64,000 nucleotides of DNA from Bacilli bacterium (GCA_017463365.1 JAFTPH010000052.1:3276-67275); one strand, 5' to 3'. Positions 9,001 through 20,315 are shown, counted from the stretch's first letter. Numbers and translations: made by a program. The notes: generated by a model from the letters alone, not told the origin.

Positions 9001-12000
9001 TTTAAGTTAACTTGTGTTTCAGGACGAGCATCAACAATAGTTAATTTAACTGTAACATCTGATGGTTGACTTGAATTATTACCTTTAAATTTAATAATAA
9101 CATTATATTCACCAACAGAATCAATTCCTTTATAATCAATAGTTTTACCTAAAATTGATTCCATATAATAAATATTATTACCTAAGTTAGCGAAGTCTAA
9201 GATACTTCCTTTATAGATAGCTGAAATATAGAATTCAGCATCATCAATTCTGTTGCCTTTTGCATCATATGCAACAGGGTTAAATGCTTTTAACACTTTT
9301 TCAAGTGTTTCAAAATCTGAACCAATTGTACTTAAATCGTCTTCATAAATAGTTACTTCTTCACATTCAGTCTCAGATTCACCACGCATATCTTTAATTT
9401 CAAATGTGATTGTTGTATCACATTTTTGATATTCTGCAGCACCTGGACAACTAATATGAATAGTGTATTTACCAACGTTGTCTAATGGTTCATATGCTTG
9501 AGCCCCATATTCTTTACCTAAAAGAGTTAATCCTTTAGAGTAATAAATTTCAGGATCAGCTAAATCAATTCTTACAATTAAATCAATTTCAAATGTACCT
9601 TGATATGAAACATTGATGCCTTCAAATGTTTCTACTTGTACAGTAGGATTTAAGTAAGCAAGTAATGATTCTAAACTATCAAATTTAACAGGAATTTGAC
9701 CGAAATTATATGCATCATAACTTAAGTTAGGAACATAAATTTCACCAGATGGACGACCATCACTTACTGTGAATGTCATTTCTGTTTCAAAACCTTTAAC
9801 TGTGTCAGTACCAGCATATACAAATGTGATTGTATAATCTGTGGCTTCATCTAATTCTTTATAAGAAACATTGATTGGAATATTATATCCACCAATTTCT
9901 ACTCCTTGTTGAATGTAGTAGAATCCAAGTTTCTTTAATCCTTCTTCTGTTAAATCACTTAAATTTAAATCTTCCCCTAAACTTCCTAAAATATCAGATA
10001 AGTCTAATCCTTTTCTAATACTTGTGATTGTAAGTTCAGAACTATAATATTCTCCGTTTCCAATTTTAACCATCGGATTAATGTATTGAGTTAAAATATC
10101 TAATGATGAGAATAAAGTTTCACTATCTGTTAACTTACTTTCAACATATGTATCATATTCCCATACAAGAGTTGCATCAACACGACCATCGACAACTGTT
10201 AACTTAGCAGTGTATTCACCAGGTTGATATGTATTATCTCCAGCAAAACTTACTGTAACAGTGTATTCACCAAATTGATCTAACCCATTAAAATCTATTA
10301 CTTTATTACTACCAATAATTGGAAGATCGTATCCATTAGGATTATAATAAGCTTTTGTTCCATTAAATACACTAACGATAGATAATCCAGATACACCATT
10401 TACACCATTAACATTAGGAGTTAAGGCAGCTAGTACTTTATCTAAAGTATCAAATCTAGTAGCAATATTTAATCTATTGTCAAATGAAATCATCGGATCA
10501 GTAAATGTTACTGTTGATTCTGCACGAGTATCAGTAACAGTAAATGTAGCTGTTGCTTTTGATCCTTGATGAGTTGCGGTTTCAATAAATTCTAATTCAA
10601 TTGTATATGTTCCAGCTTTATTTAGTGGCACATAATCTTTTACAGGAACAGACACATTACCTAATGTTGTACTAATTGTGTGTTTACCATTTGAGTAGTA
10701 AATATTATCTCTTGATAGAATAGTTCCAGTAAGTGATAATTCACCTTGATAAATAACATTAATAACAACATTACCATCTACACTAATATTATTTTGATTT
10801 TTAATAACACACTCTAAGGCTTCTAATACTTTATCAAGAGTATTGTATTTAGCTTCAAGTTCTAGGAAATTATTAGAGTCAACATTTGGATCTATCCAAT
10901 CAATTGATGTAGTCGGACGAGTATCTTTAATTTCAATTACGGCAGTACCAGTACATCCTAATGTTGTATCTGTTGCTTCATATTCGAATGTAACAGTGTA
11001 TAAACCAGGTTTAACAATAGGGTCTTTGTATGCCCCACCAGAAATAATTTCAGTAATATCATATTCTTCATAATATGACACTTCATTTTCGTCAACAATC
11101 GATTTAATCTTAACATTTGGTGAAGAAATTGTTTGATCACCTATAATTAACGAAATTGAGAATTTCTTTAATACATTGTCTTTTAATTTAAAATCATTTG
11201 CAAGTGTCGTATGATTACTATACTCTAATTCAACATCTGGAATAGATAATTTAGTTGTTGAACGACCATCTTGTAAACTTAAAATTGCTGTAACAGTTTG
11301 TGCAGGTTTATGAGTATTGTCACCTTCAAAGCTTAGGGTAATTACATAATTTCCTACAGCATTAACTGTCTTATCAGCTGTTGCTTTAATTACTAATCCA
11401 TCAGCTTTTGTAATTTGATTGTTAATTACATTTTCAATATAAGCATTAACAGCTGTAACTAATTTTTCTGATGAATTATATTTAATATTAATTGCACTAC
11501 TATTAATATTTGGTTCATTAACAACGATTGGTGTATTAGAAACATTGATTCTTGTATCAATACGATTATCGTTAATTGTTAATTGAATAGTATTTGTAAT
11601 ACCTTTATATGTTTCAGATTCTGTTAATCTATAAGTAATGTTATAAACACCATTTCCTTTATTAATTTTTGTAATTCCACTAATACTGAAATGTGAATCA
11701 TTAATTTCAGAAATAGATGTAATAGCACCACCATTTAATTCAATATTTGATTTAATAATTGCTTTTACTTTACTAATACTATCAACTATTGAGAAATCGT
11801 CTACTGTAAGTTCAATATCATCAATTGAAATTTCAGTACGAGTATCATCAATTGTAAAGCGAATTCGTTTTGTGCATTCTTTATATAGATCAGTTGCATT
11901 ATATTTAACATAAATATCATATGTTCCAGCTAATCTAACTTGTTCTACTGAACTATCATTTAATAAAATTTCAGTAATTTCTACAGTTGCACCAGCAACA

Positions 12001-15000
12001 TCTTTAACAGCAATATTTAATTCACTAATAATATTAAATACCTTATTAAAGTTATCAGTTGCTAAACCTTTTGGAGTATAAGTAATTTCAGTAGCAATAC
12101 GGTTGTCATTAACAACAACTTTTACTGTTGCATTACTTGTACCATAAGAACTAGTTGCTTCAACTGCGAAAGCAATAGTGTATGTTCCAGCAGCATTGAT
12201 TGTACAATCTGTACCATTAATGTATGAATTATTTTCAGCATCAACAATACTTTGAACAACGATTGTTGGATTTTCAACTACACTTTCACCAATTAAAACT
12301 TTAACATTTAATTGATTAATAATTTCAGCAAGTGTATCAATTGTACCAAAGTCAGTAACATTTAATGTAACTGTATTTGCTACATCAATTGTACATGGAG
12401 TACGTCCATCAGTAATAGTGATTGTCGCATGACTTGTACATTCATTATGAGTATCATCTTCAACATATTTAAATGTTACTTTGTATGTAGCAATATTTGA
12501 AATAAATGTGTTATAGTCCCCACCACTATAAATAACTTCTTTTACATTTCCATCTCTGTCTAGTTCTTCAATTCTTGTAATAACAACATTTGGTGAAACA
12601 ATTGTTTCAGTTCCATCGTTAACTACAACATTGAATTTAGCTAAAACACTTTCAAGAGTCTTGAAGTTTTCAGCAATTGTAGCTGAAGTGCTTGCGTCAA
12701 ATGGAACATTTTCAACAGTCATAGTTGTTGTTTTACGACCATTTGTTAATTCAATTTTTTTATAAACTTCAACTGATGGTTTATGTGTCATATCTCCATT
12801 GAATTTTAATTCAATGTAATAAGTTCCAATACTATTAATTGTTTCATATCTTGTAACAACAATGTTAGATGCATCTAAGGCTGTACCAGTTGTAACGATA
12901 GTTGCATTTAAAACATTTCTAATTTCTGAATCTTCATCATATTTACCAGCGATTGCTGAATAATCAGGTTCAGCGAATGAATAATCTTTTGCTTCAATGC
13001 TTGTTTCAGAACGGGTATCATTAACTGTTAATGTAACTTTAGCTGTTGTTGCTTTATAAGTTTCTGACTCAGCAACTGTAACTTTTAATTCATAAGTTCC
13101 ATCATATCCTACAGGAATACTTGTAATTCCATTACCTATTGTAACAGTAACTTTATTTGCATCAATAGTTACTTCTTGACCGTTTGCATTAGCAGTTAAA
13201 TTGTTTAATACAAGAGTTTTAATTTGAGCAATAATGTCTTTACCATAATCAGGGACATTAATACTTAATTCGCTAGGAATAGTTGGTTCAGGACGAGCAT
13301 CAACAAGTGTTAATGTCGCAGTTTGAGTACATGGTTTATGTGTATTATCTCCAGCAAATTTGAATGTAATTGTATGACTACCATAATCAGTAATCGCATC
13401 AATTAATTCACCATCGATATCAGAAACTGAAACAGTTCCAGCTACCATAGCATTTCCATTAACAACAATTCCAGCTTTAAATAAGTTTAGAATTGCAGCT
13501 TTATCAAAAGTTCTTCCAATACTTGCCCAATTTGTGTTGTAAATATCAACTGGTTCGATTGGAGCAACTGTCATTGTACTTGCTTGTCTTTGATCAGTTA
13601 ATTTAAGGTTAACTGTAACTTCTTTAACTGTAACTTTATAAGATTTTGTATCTTCTAAATGTAATCTGATTGTATATGTACTAATTTGATCAAACTTTAC
13701 AAATCCTTTTCCAGGAATATCAATTTTATAACTTCCTATTGGATAATAAGCATCACTATCTGCATAGTAAACACCTAAGTCATCAACATCATCTATGCTA
13801 TTTATTGTTCCAACATAGATTGCAGAAATTCTTGGTTTAATAGATAGATCTTTAACTCCACCTACACTTACGTATGCACCTAATTCTTCTAACACTTTAT
13901 CTAAGCTATTAATTGAATATAAATCTTCATTTAAATTATCAACACCAACGCTCGTATTAGGAACACTAATTACAGCAGTAGGACGTACATCTATAATAGT
14001 TAATGTTGTTTCTAATGTTTTTGCATTACATGTATCACTGTCTTCAACAAATACAGTAACTGTGTATTCACCAGCACTTGTAATACCATTATTTCCACCA
14101 TTTACTTTAATTGTATAAGTTTGTTTTGATAAATCAAGGATATTTCCTTTTTCATCTTTAATATAATTTTTTATTAACTCTAATACTTCAAGTGCAGTAT
14201 CAGTTGTATTGAAATCACTAACTTCTTTAGAGATATTTTCATCAATTACTGGATTGATACGTTTATCTTCTAAAGTTAATGTTACTGATTTAGGTTCTGA
14301 TTTATAATCATGAGTATCATCATCAATATATTCAATAGTTACTGTGTATACTCCAACTTTAGTTAATGCAGTTAATTCATTCTTACCTGCGTCAGTAATA
14401 GTTACTTTAACATTACCATTGTTAACTAATGTCATATAGTTTTGAGCAGTACCATCAAATTTAACACTTAAATTGATTGTTTTTAAGATTTCTTCTAAAG
14501 TGTCAAATTGACCTGGAATTTGTGATAAATCAGCAAATCCAATACCAGGATTAGACACATTATTTGCGTCAATCGTTACAACTGAACGCTTATCTTTAAT
14601 ATCGAATGAAACTACTAATTCAGCTTTGTGATTTGTATTTGACTCAGGATATGTTACTTTAATTGAATAGTTACCTACTTTTTCAATAACATTTCCAGTT
14701 TCATTATAATAATTTTTATCACCATCACTAACTGTATAAGTTAATTTACCTAATCTGTTAGCTTCATTACCATTTACTAATACTTTTAATCCAATGATTT
14801 TAAATAGATCATCAATAGTAGTAAATTTAGATGAAATTGCATCTTTACTAATATTTGAAACAGGATATTCATTTACTGTATTTTGAAGAACAATAACTTC
14901 ACGTCCATCAATAACATTAATTGTTACTTCTTTGTTTTCTGCAGCAAGATGAGTATCTGTTGCTGCGTAAGATAAAACAACTTTATAAGTTCCAACTTTA

Positions 15001-18000
15001 GTGAATGGAATAAATTCTTTACCAGCTTGGTAATATAATACAGTAGCTCTTGTATCAGCATTATCATCAAAATAGATATAACTGATTGTAGGTTTAAATT
15101 TACCATTTACATTTGCTTCTAATAAAGTGATAATAGCATCTAATGAACTAAATTTATCATCAATTAAATTTAAATCAGCAAATGTTTCTGTAATACTATT
15201 AGCATTAATTGTAGTTGCTGCACGATTATCAGTTACTTCAAAGTTAACTACACATTGATTTACAGGTTTATTTGTATCATCTGTTGGATATGTTAATGTA
15301 ATTGTATATACTCCAAGAGCATCAATTGTATTAACAATATTTCCTGCGTTATCTGTAATTTTAATTTCAACTTTTGCTAAACGAGTATTATCAGCATTTC
15401 CATTAACTTTTACACTTACACCTAATTGTGCTAATAAATCAGCTTCATTTGCTAAAGCAGCTTTAATTGCATCAGCACTAATATCTGTTGCTTCATATTC
15501 AGTATTTGTATATGTAATTTCAATTTCTTCACGTGCATCATTAACTACTAATGTAATTTCTTGACTACATGGAGCACTATCATTATCACCAGCGAAACTT
15601 AATACTACTGTATATTCTCCTGCTTTGTTAATTGTAACTCCATTTTTAACTGTTGCAGTAAGAGGACCAGCAGTAAATTTATATTCAACTTCATCATTAA
15701 TTGCATTAACAATTTCTTCACTAGTATCTAAACCAGTTTCTAAACCGCTTAATGTAGGCACATCAATAGTTACTCTTGTAGGGAAAGCAATTGAAGTTGC
15801 AGCACGCTCAATTTTGAATGTGAATGTTAATGCACTTGCTTGGTTAGTTTCACTACCTTGAATAGAAATAGTTACTGTATAAGTTCCGTCATTTACAAGG
15901 TTAAGTGTTGAATCATTATAATATTCATTACCTTCAGCATCTACGATACTTGAGATAGCAACTAAATTTGTATTTACAACATTTCCATCAGCATAAACTG
16001 CAGGAATAATTTCTTTAATTGCAGCTAATGTAGCATCATTTAATTTAGCATATACTTTTTCAGTATAAGTATCTAAAGTAACAACTGGACGGTTATCGAC
16101 AATTGTAAATGTTGCAATTGCAAATGATTGCTTAATAGTATTTGTTTCATATACAAAAGTAATTTGATAAATACCTACAGCATCAATTGCGTTCTTAGTT
16201 TGCCAATCATCACTTTTATTTACTTTAAATTTGATTTCACCAAATTTAATATTTGCATAATCAATAGAAGTAACTAATTGACCATTCACTGTTAATTCAA
16301 CATTTCCAATTATATCTAATACTTCTTTTGGAGTATCAAATAAATCATTAATAGTTGATGAACTAGTAGATGGAGTATTATATGAACCAGTACCATTCAT
16401 ACTTAAACTTGAAGATAAACGAGCATCAACAAGTTTAAATCCTAATGTTTGTGTTAATGGTTTATATGTATCGCTTCCTTCAATCTTGATTGTTACACTA
16501 TATGTAGTCTCAAATTCAACATTTTCAGGATCTGCATAAGTATCAACTGTTGCATTAGCTAAATTTACTTCTAATGTATTTAAGATATTATCTTTAGCTA
16601 ATAAAGTATCAATTGTGCTAATATCTGTAATATCAATTTCTGAATCATAAGTTACTGTATATACTGAACGAGTATCTTTAATCTTTAAAGTTACTGTTTG
16701 TTCAGGTAATCCGAAATATTTATCATTTTCGTTTACTTTAACTTTTACAGTATATGTAGCATCACCATAAGGAATCTTATCAGTGGCGTTATAATTTGTA
16801 ACCGATACAGTAATATCGCTATCTAATATAGTTACACCATTAGCAATTGTTAACTTATCAATTATTAATTTTCTGAATGTTAAATCAGCAAAATCACTAA
16901 CTTCAACTTCAATTGAAGAATTAATTGCAGGTCTTGGTCTAACATCTGAAATTTTTAATGTTATGGTAACTGGAGTTGCAGGTTTATGAGTTTCATCACC
17001 CTTACAACTTAATGCAATTGTATAAGTTCCTACAGCACCAATTCCTGTTTCAGTTTCTTCTGTTATTGTATTACCATTAACTGTAATTACTGAAGCTGCA
17101 CCATTTAATTTAAATTGCACTCCATTTGCTACAAGAAGATCAACTAATTCAGCTAATGTGTCATATGCAGAAGTACGTTCTAATTTAGAACTAAATTCTT
17201 TTGTAATTTCATTTGTTGGAACATAGAAACCAGTTTCAGTACGTCCATCATTAAGTGTGAATATTACAGTTGATTCTCCAGATCTATATTTACTATTACC
17301 ATCGTAATCAATTGTAATTTTATATTGCCCAGCTGAAGTTATTTTAGTTACTTCAGTAGTTTTTAAACTTGCATTTGAAATAGTTTCTAATGCTTCATAT
17401 TGTCCACTTGTTGAATTATATTTTTCAATAATTAATGAAAGTCCACCAATTGTTTCAGCAAGTAATCCGTATTTTGTATTTTGAATAGCACTTAATAATC
17501 CTGTTGCTCCAATAGTAGTTAATAAAGTTTCTAACTTACCATATCCAGCAAGCTCAGTTAAACTTATAAATGCACATGTTGTATCTTTAACATTAAAAAC
17601 ATAAACTTCACGAGCATCAACTACTTCAAATTGAATTGTTCCAGCAGTTGCTTTATAAGTTTCAGTATCTAAAACTACAAATGCAATATTATATATTCCA
17701 GTTGTAGTAATTGGTTTATAACTTACTGGATTTTCTGAATCAGTATTATATAAGCATTCATTATTAGAATTTGTAATACTTAAAATACTAAAAGTAGTTA
17801 CATGCATTTTATCATTTAAAAGCATCGTTTTAATTTCATCTAAAGTATCGATTTTACTGTAATCACTTACAATGTCATATAAATTAAATTTATAATTAGT
17901 AAAACTTAATTCTTCACGAGCATCAGTTACATTTAATGTAACTTCAGTTTCTGCCATTGCTTTATAAGTTTCATTTTCTGCAACTGTAACTTTAATAACA

Positions 18001-20315
18001 TAATTTTTAGTTCCATATGGAATTTTTCCATCTGTAACACCTGTAATTGTTACATCGCTTTCAGCAACTTTAACATCTAATTTGCTAATTAAATATTCTT
18101 TAAATGTAACAACACCTTTATAATCAGTAATTGTTTCATTAAATGTAGTAGCAGTAATATTTGGAGTTGTACGACTATCTGTTAATGTAGCAGATACATA
18201 ACAGTTAGAATAAACACCAGATAAGTATACTCTTACACTTTCAGAATATGTTTGATTTTTGCTCCAATCAGTACCGAATCTATCAAACGAACTTCCATCA
18301 GTTATTACAACCCATTTATCTTGACCAGCATGATTTTCTTCAAATTGGATTGTAACATTATTAATGTTAAATACATCTTTTGTAGAATCCTTTAATACAT
18401 CATAAATCTTTTGTTTTAATTTATCACCAGTAATACTTGTGATATTATAATAACTAATTTTTGTTGACGCAAAACCAAATCCAGCGTTTGCTATTGGTGT
18501 TGCTTCAACGCTTAAATTATATGTTGTTTTAGTACTAGCAGTAGTGAATGTTCCTGTCCATGTAGCACCATTCCAAGAACCGTTAATTGCTACACCATCT
18601 AATAATATTTTACTAGCTTCAAGATAGTATTGTGAAGAAGGAGTAATTGTAATTGTAACATCTTGACCAGCAGGCAATGTTGCTCCACTAGTCTCTTTAA
18701 CTTCTTCATTTACTGTAGCTGTAACAGTTGCATTAGATACAGTCCAATTTAATGTTGAATCAGTATCTTGTCTTATCACCAATGTAACTGTTTTACTTTC
18801 AGCTGCAAGATAATCAATATTTTCAGCATAATTAAATTTAATTGTGTAATCACCAAAATCAGAAATTGCAGCACCAGATAGATTTGTATATTCACTTCCA
18901 TTAATAGTTACACTACTAAAAGATTTTCCATTATCAATATTAGCATTAAACATATTAATAATATCTTGAAGTTTAAAATCTTGGCTTTCTTCAAATTCTT
19001 TTTCTATTTTATCTGGAGAAGCAGAAATTGTAGGTTTAGATCTTTTTTCAGTTAATTTTGTTTCAGGAATAACACATTTACCATATTTACCAGATAAATA
19101 CACCTTTACATTTTCATATGTTTGTATTTTATCTTCACCAACTACAGTATTAAGTAAGAATTTTGATTCATTTCCAGATAAATCAATCCATTGGTTTCCT
19201 AAATAATACTCCCAATAAATTTCTATTTTTCTATAATCTAACTTTTCATCTTTACCTTCATTTAGAGCATCCATTATTCTATTTGCAATTGGATATTCAG
19301 ATGAAGTAGGACTAAATAAACTAATTTGAGTAGTATCAAACTTAAACTCATGTTTAGTCGCATTAACCGTTAATATATAATCTGTAGCAGTTGAAGTAAT
19401 TGTATAAGATCCAGTCCATACACCTTCACTTGACCATCCGCCATCTTTATTATACGTTGCACCAGGTAAACTAATATTAGTTGATGGATCAACATAATAA
19501 TCAGTTGATGGTGTAAGTCTAATATAAATCTTTGTCCCTAAAGGTAAAGATGTAGTTGATGTTAAAGCAGAAAAACTTCCAGAATCACCAATTTTTATTT
19601 CAGCAGTAACATTATTGAGAGCTGGCTTAATAGTTGATTCTTGTGTATATGTAATATTTAATTCTACATTACTTTTTAAAGTATTCGAAATGCTATATAC
19701 ACCATTAACGGCTTCAACAGCAACTGTATTATTTTCAACAACTAATTTATGATTACTTAAAAGATTTGATGATGGAGTATAAGTAATAGTTGTTCCATTA
19801 ATTGAAAGCGAATCATAATTATCTGCTGTGTACTCTTTAACGGTATTTGAGTCAACATAAAGGGTTTCTAACAGAGCATTTTGACCACCAATTGAAATAG
19901 TAACATCTAATATATATTCATATACATCAATTGTAACACTTTTCCCTGACATAATTGAACATTTTGTAGGTGACCAACTTGTACCTAAACCACTAAAAGA
20001 ATATATTTGAATAACATCATTCTCATTGAAAGATAATGTATTTCCGGCCCCATTATTTAATGTGCTATAAGTGATTCGTTCAGGGGTCCCACCATTAACA
20101 GAATATCCATAACTACCAGTACTAGCCGAAGAATTACTAAATCCAAATATGCTAACTAAAAGTTCTTTTTCAGTAGTTATACCATTTTTCAAATGAACAA
20201 CTGATCCATCTATCACATACTCTGCCTCTACCTCTACATTAGTAGATGTGAAACCTAGGATAGATACTACAGCAATCATTGCTATAAATAATCTTAATAA
20301 AAATTTTCTATTCAT
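6009..20315 (-). CDS. giant (4768-aa) secreted, repeat-rich surface protein (putative adhesin)
   Basis: Single 14.3 kb ORF. ATG start with an AAGGAGGTG RBS. N-terminal signal peptide MNRKFLLRLFIAMIAVVSILGF. About 35-40 tandem ~100-aa repeats ending in a T-x-T-L-x-V-x-D-x-R hinge, consistent with Ig-like/beta-sandwich modules. An MBG-like segment (…FKYNGMPQG…NVGFYTVTAIYNN…). A C-terminal Cys-rich 39-aa repeat x3, then an F-rich segment, then an acidic tail. No LPXTG. Confidence 0.85.
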   Translation of the reverse strand: MNRKFLLRLFIAMIAVVSILGFTSTNVEVEAEYVIDGSVVHLKNGITTEKELLVSIFGFSNSSASTGSYGYSVNGGTPERITYSTLNNGAGNTLSFNENDVIQIYSFSGLGTSWSPTKCSIMSGKSVTIDVYEYILDVTISIGGQNALLETLYVDSNTVKEYTADNYDSLSINGTTITYTPSSNLLSNHKLVVENNTVAVEAVNGVYSISNTLKSNVELNITYTQESTIKPALNNVTAEIKIGDSGSFSALTSTTSLPLGTKIYIRLTPSTDYYVDPSTNISLPGATYNKDGGWSSEGVWTGSYTITSTATDYILTVNATKHEFKFDTTQISLFSPTSSEYPIANRIMDALNEGKDEKLDYRKIEIYWEYYLGNQWIDLSGNESKFLLNTVVGEDKIQTYENVKVYLSGKYGKCVIPETKLTEKRSKPTISASPDKIEKEFEESQDFKLQDIINMFNANIDNGKSFSSVTINGSEYTNLSGAAISDFGDYTIKFNYAENIDYLAAESKTVTLVIRQDTDSTLNWTVSNATVTATVNEEVKETSGATLPAGQDVTITITPSSQYYLEASKILLDGVAINGSWNGATWTGTFTTASTKTTYNLSVEATPIANAGFGFASTKISYYNITSITGDKLKQKIYDVLKDSTKDVFNINNVTIQFEENHAGQDKWVVITDGSSFDRFGTDWSKNQTYSESVRVYLSGVYSNCYVSATLTDSRTTPNITATTFNETITDYKGVVTFKEYLISKLDVKVAESDVTITGVTDGKIPYGTKNYVIKVTVAENETYKAMAETEVTLNVTDAREELSFTNYKFNLYDIVSDYSKIDTLDEIKTMLLNDKMHVTTFSILSITNSNNECLYNTDSENPVSYKPITTTGIYNIAFVVLDTETYKATAGTIQFEVVDAREVYVFNVKDTTCAFISLTELAGYGKLETLLTTIGATGLLSAIQNTKYGLLAETIGGLSLIIEKYNSTSGQYEALETISNASLKTTEVTKITSAGQYKITIDYDGNSKYRSGESTVIFTLNDGRTETGFYVPTNEITKEFSSKLERTSAYDTLAELVDLLVANGVQFKLNGAASVITVNGNTITEETETGIGAVGTYTIALSCKGDETHKPATPVTITLKISDVRPRPAINSSIEVEVSDFADLTFRKLIIDKLTIANGVTILDSDITVSVTNYNATDKIPYGDATYTVKVKVNENDKYFGLPEQTVTLKIKDTRSVYTVTYDSEIDITDISTIDTLLAKDNILNTLEVNLANATVDTYADPENVEFETTYSVTIKIEGSDTYKPLTQTLGFKLVDARLSSSLSMNGTGSYNTPSTSSSTINDLFDTPKEVLDIIGNVELTVNGQLVTSIDYANIKFGEIKFKVNKSDDWQTKNAIDAVGIYQITFVYETNTIKQSFAIATFTIVDNRPVVTLDTYTEKVYAKLNDATLAAIKEIIPAVYADGNVVNTNLVAISSIVDAEGNEYYNDSTLNLVNDGTYTVTISIQGSETNQASALTFTFKIERAATSIAFPTRVTIDVPTLSGLETGLDTSEEIVNAINDEVEYKFTAGPLTATVKNGVTINKAGEYTVVLSFAGDNDSAPCSQEITLVVNDAREEIEITYTNTEYEATDISADAIKAALANEADLLAQLGVSVKVNGNADNTRLAKVEIKITDNAGNIVNTIDALGVYTITLTYPTDDTNKPVNQCVVNFEVTDNRAATTINANSITETFADLNLIDDKFSSLDAIITLLEANVNGKFKPTISYIYFDDNADTRATVLYYQAGKEFIPFTKVGTYKVVLSYAATDTHLAAENKEVTINVIDGREVIVLQNTVNEYPVSNISKDAISSKFTTIDDLFKIIGLKVLVNGNEANRLGKLTYTVSDGDKNYYNETGNVIEKVGNYSIKVTYPESNTNHKAELVVSFDIKDKRSVVTIDANNVSNPGIGFADLSQIPGQFDTLEEILKTINLSVKFDGTAQNYMTLVNNGNVKVTITDAGKNELTALTKVGVYTVTIEYIDDDTHDYKSEPKSVTLTLEDKRINPVIDENISKEVSDFNTTDTALEVLELIKNYIKDEKGNILDLSKQTYTIKVNGGNNGITSAGEYTVTVFVEDSDTCNAKTLETTLTIIDVRPTAVISVPNTSVGVDNLNEDLYSINSLDKVLEELGAYVSVGGVKDLSIKPRISAIYVGTINSIDDVDDLGVYYADSDAYYPIGSYKIDIPGKGFVKFDQISTYTIRLHLEDTKSYKVTVKEVTVNLKLTDQRQASTMTVAPIEPVDIYNTNWASIGRTFDKAAILNLFKAGIVVNGNAMVAGTVSVSDIDGELIDAITDYGSHTITFKFAGDNTHKPCTQTATLTLVDARPEPTIPSELSINVPDYGKDIIAQIKTLVLNNLTANANGQEVTIDANKVTVTIGNGITSIPVGYDGTYELKVTVAESETYKATTAKVTLTVNDTRSETSIEAKDYSFAEPDYSAIAGKYDEDSEIRNVLNATIVTTGTALDASNIVVTRYETINSIGTYYIELKFNGDMTHKPSVEVYKKIELTNGRKTTTMTVENVPFDASTSATIAENFKTLESVLAKFNVVVNDGTETIVSPNVVITRIEELDRDGNVKEVIYSGGDYNTFISNIATYKVTFKYVEDDTHNECTSHATITITDGRTPCTIDVANTVTLNVTDFGTIDTLAEIINQLNVKVLIGESVVENPTIVVQSIVDAENNSYINGTDCTINAAGTYTIAFAVEATSSYGTSNATVKVVVNDNRIATEITYTPKGLATDNFNKVFNIISELNIAVKDVAGATVEITEILLNDSSVEQVRLAGTYDIYVKYNATDLYKECTKRIRFTIDDTRTEISIDDIELTVDDFSIVDSISKVKAIIKSNIELNGGAITSISEINDSHFSISGITKINKGNGVYNITYRLTESETYKGITNTIQLTINDNRIDTRINVSNTPIVVNEPNINSSAINIKYNSSEKLVTAVNAYIENVINNQITKADGLVIKATADKTVNAVGNYVITLSFEGDNTHKPAQTVTAILSLQDGRSTTKLSIPDVELEYSNHTTLANDFKLKDNVLKKFSISLIIGDQTISSPNVKIKSIVDENEVSYYEEYDITEIISGGAYKDPIVKPGLYTVTFEYEATDTTLGCTGTAVIEIKDTRPTTSIDWIDPNVDSNNFLELEAKYNTLDKVLEALECVIKNQNNISVDGNVVINVIYQGELSLTGTILSRDNIYYSNGKHTISTTLGNVSVPVKDYVPLNKAGTYTIELEFIETATHQGSKATATFTVTDTRAESTVTFTDPMISFDNRLNIATRFDTLDKVLAALTPNVNGVNGVSGLSIVSVFNGTKAYYNPNGYDLPIIGSNKVIDFNGLDQFGEYTVTVSFAGDNTYQPGEYTAKLTVVDGRVDATLVWEYDTYVESKLTDSETLFSSLDILTQYINPMVKIGNGEYYSSELTITSIRKGLDLSDILGSLGEDLNLSDLTEEGLKKLGFYYIQQGVEIGGYNIPINVSYKELDEATDYTITFVYAGTDTVKGFETEMTFTVSDGRPSGEIYVPNLSYDAYNFGQIPVKFDSLESLLAYLNPTVQVETFEGINVSYQGTFEIDLIVRIDLADPEIYYSKGLTLLGKEYGAQAYEPLDNVGKYTIHISCPGAAEYQKCDTTITFEIKDMRGESETECEEVTIYEDDLSTIGSDFETLEKVLKAFNPVAYDAKGNRIDDAEFYISAIYKGSILDFANLGNNIYYMESILGKTIDYKGIDSVGEYNVIIKFKGNNSSQPSDVTVKLTIVDARPETQVNLKSDVVTQVLPTDYVTKEEVFNLVFESVSIKGNTASIVDYGYVSANVTLNSLSSATNTEITQITEAGVYTITVKFPATSTHLGSEATVEFMVSDGRNVTKVTNNDVLEIPFVKGDVLSLDQIVEDLGIGLYDETNGVVLNKEFTYALYRGTTEIQASSITTFGQTYTILVNYAGDDEYAPCSKRVEFTVVDGRTKTYIDAATSISVVYNNYTAEDVYNLLLDGYLGAYIINENGIKVAIDKAEIRFSLSDAQIETLNAGDHTITLSYAGSEYDYQPATLTCTITVEKAPAKVNVVSGSFNYKDIKGTGVNISERITTEPELEVIELAIGLNASAGMMSYLNIPNLIDLDSVPESVRPYVQTILDNLGFNEQMSISELKAAIEGIKDALEMLENLVGVSLSSDALDSTIKLLEQLEKISSTTGIEIMLTMGKDIYLEEAGLYLIGAVTTSQNYETAFGLGYITIIPDATKVELGFNVEVENFMVTKASIMQDPTILGAHVKKDGLSQELYEAATSKLATLYIGIDINGEQYVTDQPISELGAYTQIAYTRDLGNEMLYAIPIVRVYTVVIDTISVEFVNDDAEFKYNGMPQGLIPEAYADNGDILPNEYLTCYYNGVMSNGEVYSSTELPTNVGFYTVTAIYNNPELLQYGLAVGTMTIYAEEHGMSLEDVELFHDGEPHNVVINNPYGLEEIILVLGNDTHTVNVILPESWGVKDEFFDIQGQLSPLVKLIHILQLFADNELIDKVEEILSDLPLNSIAVNGDSPVEAGRYEYIVIGYKQNYDLFTGEAVLNLKHNLVAKQTDNYHWQECTICDYYTDFSGHTYGDWQVEQAHTCITDGIETRYCSGCDHFETRTTEATGHLFVEWNKVKNPKCYEVGIEVSTCERCGEAGQRDIATIPHTYTHWEDTVEATTDEPGKAESHCDVCGHVGVKRTPTKTIFEVFEDFFDKLFDFFNSFFNKLNNIINALAGNPDDEETKEQATDDLYDLYFGEEEESKE

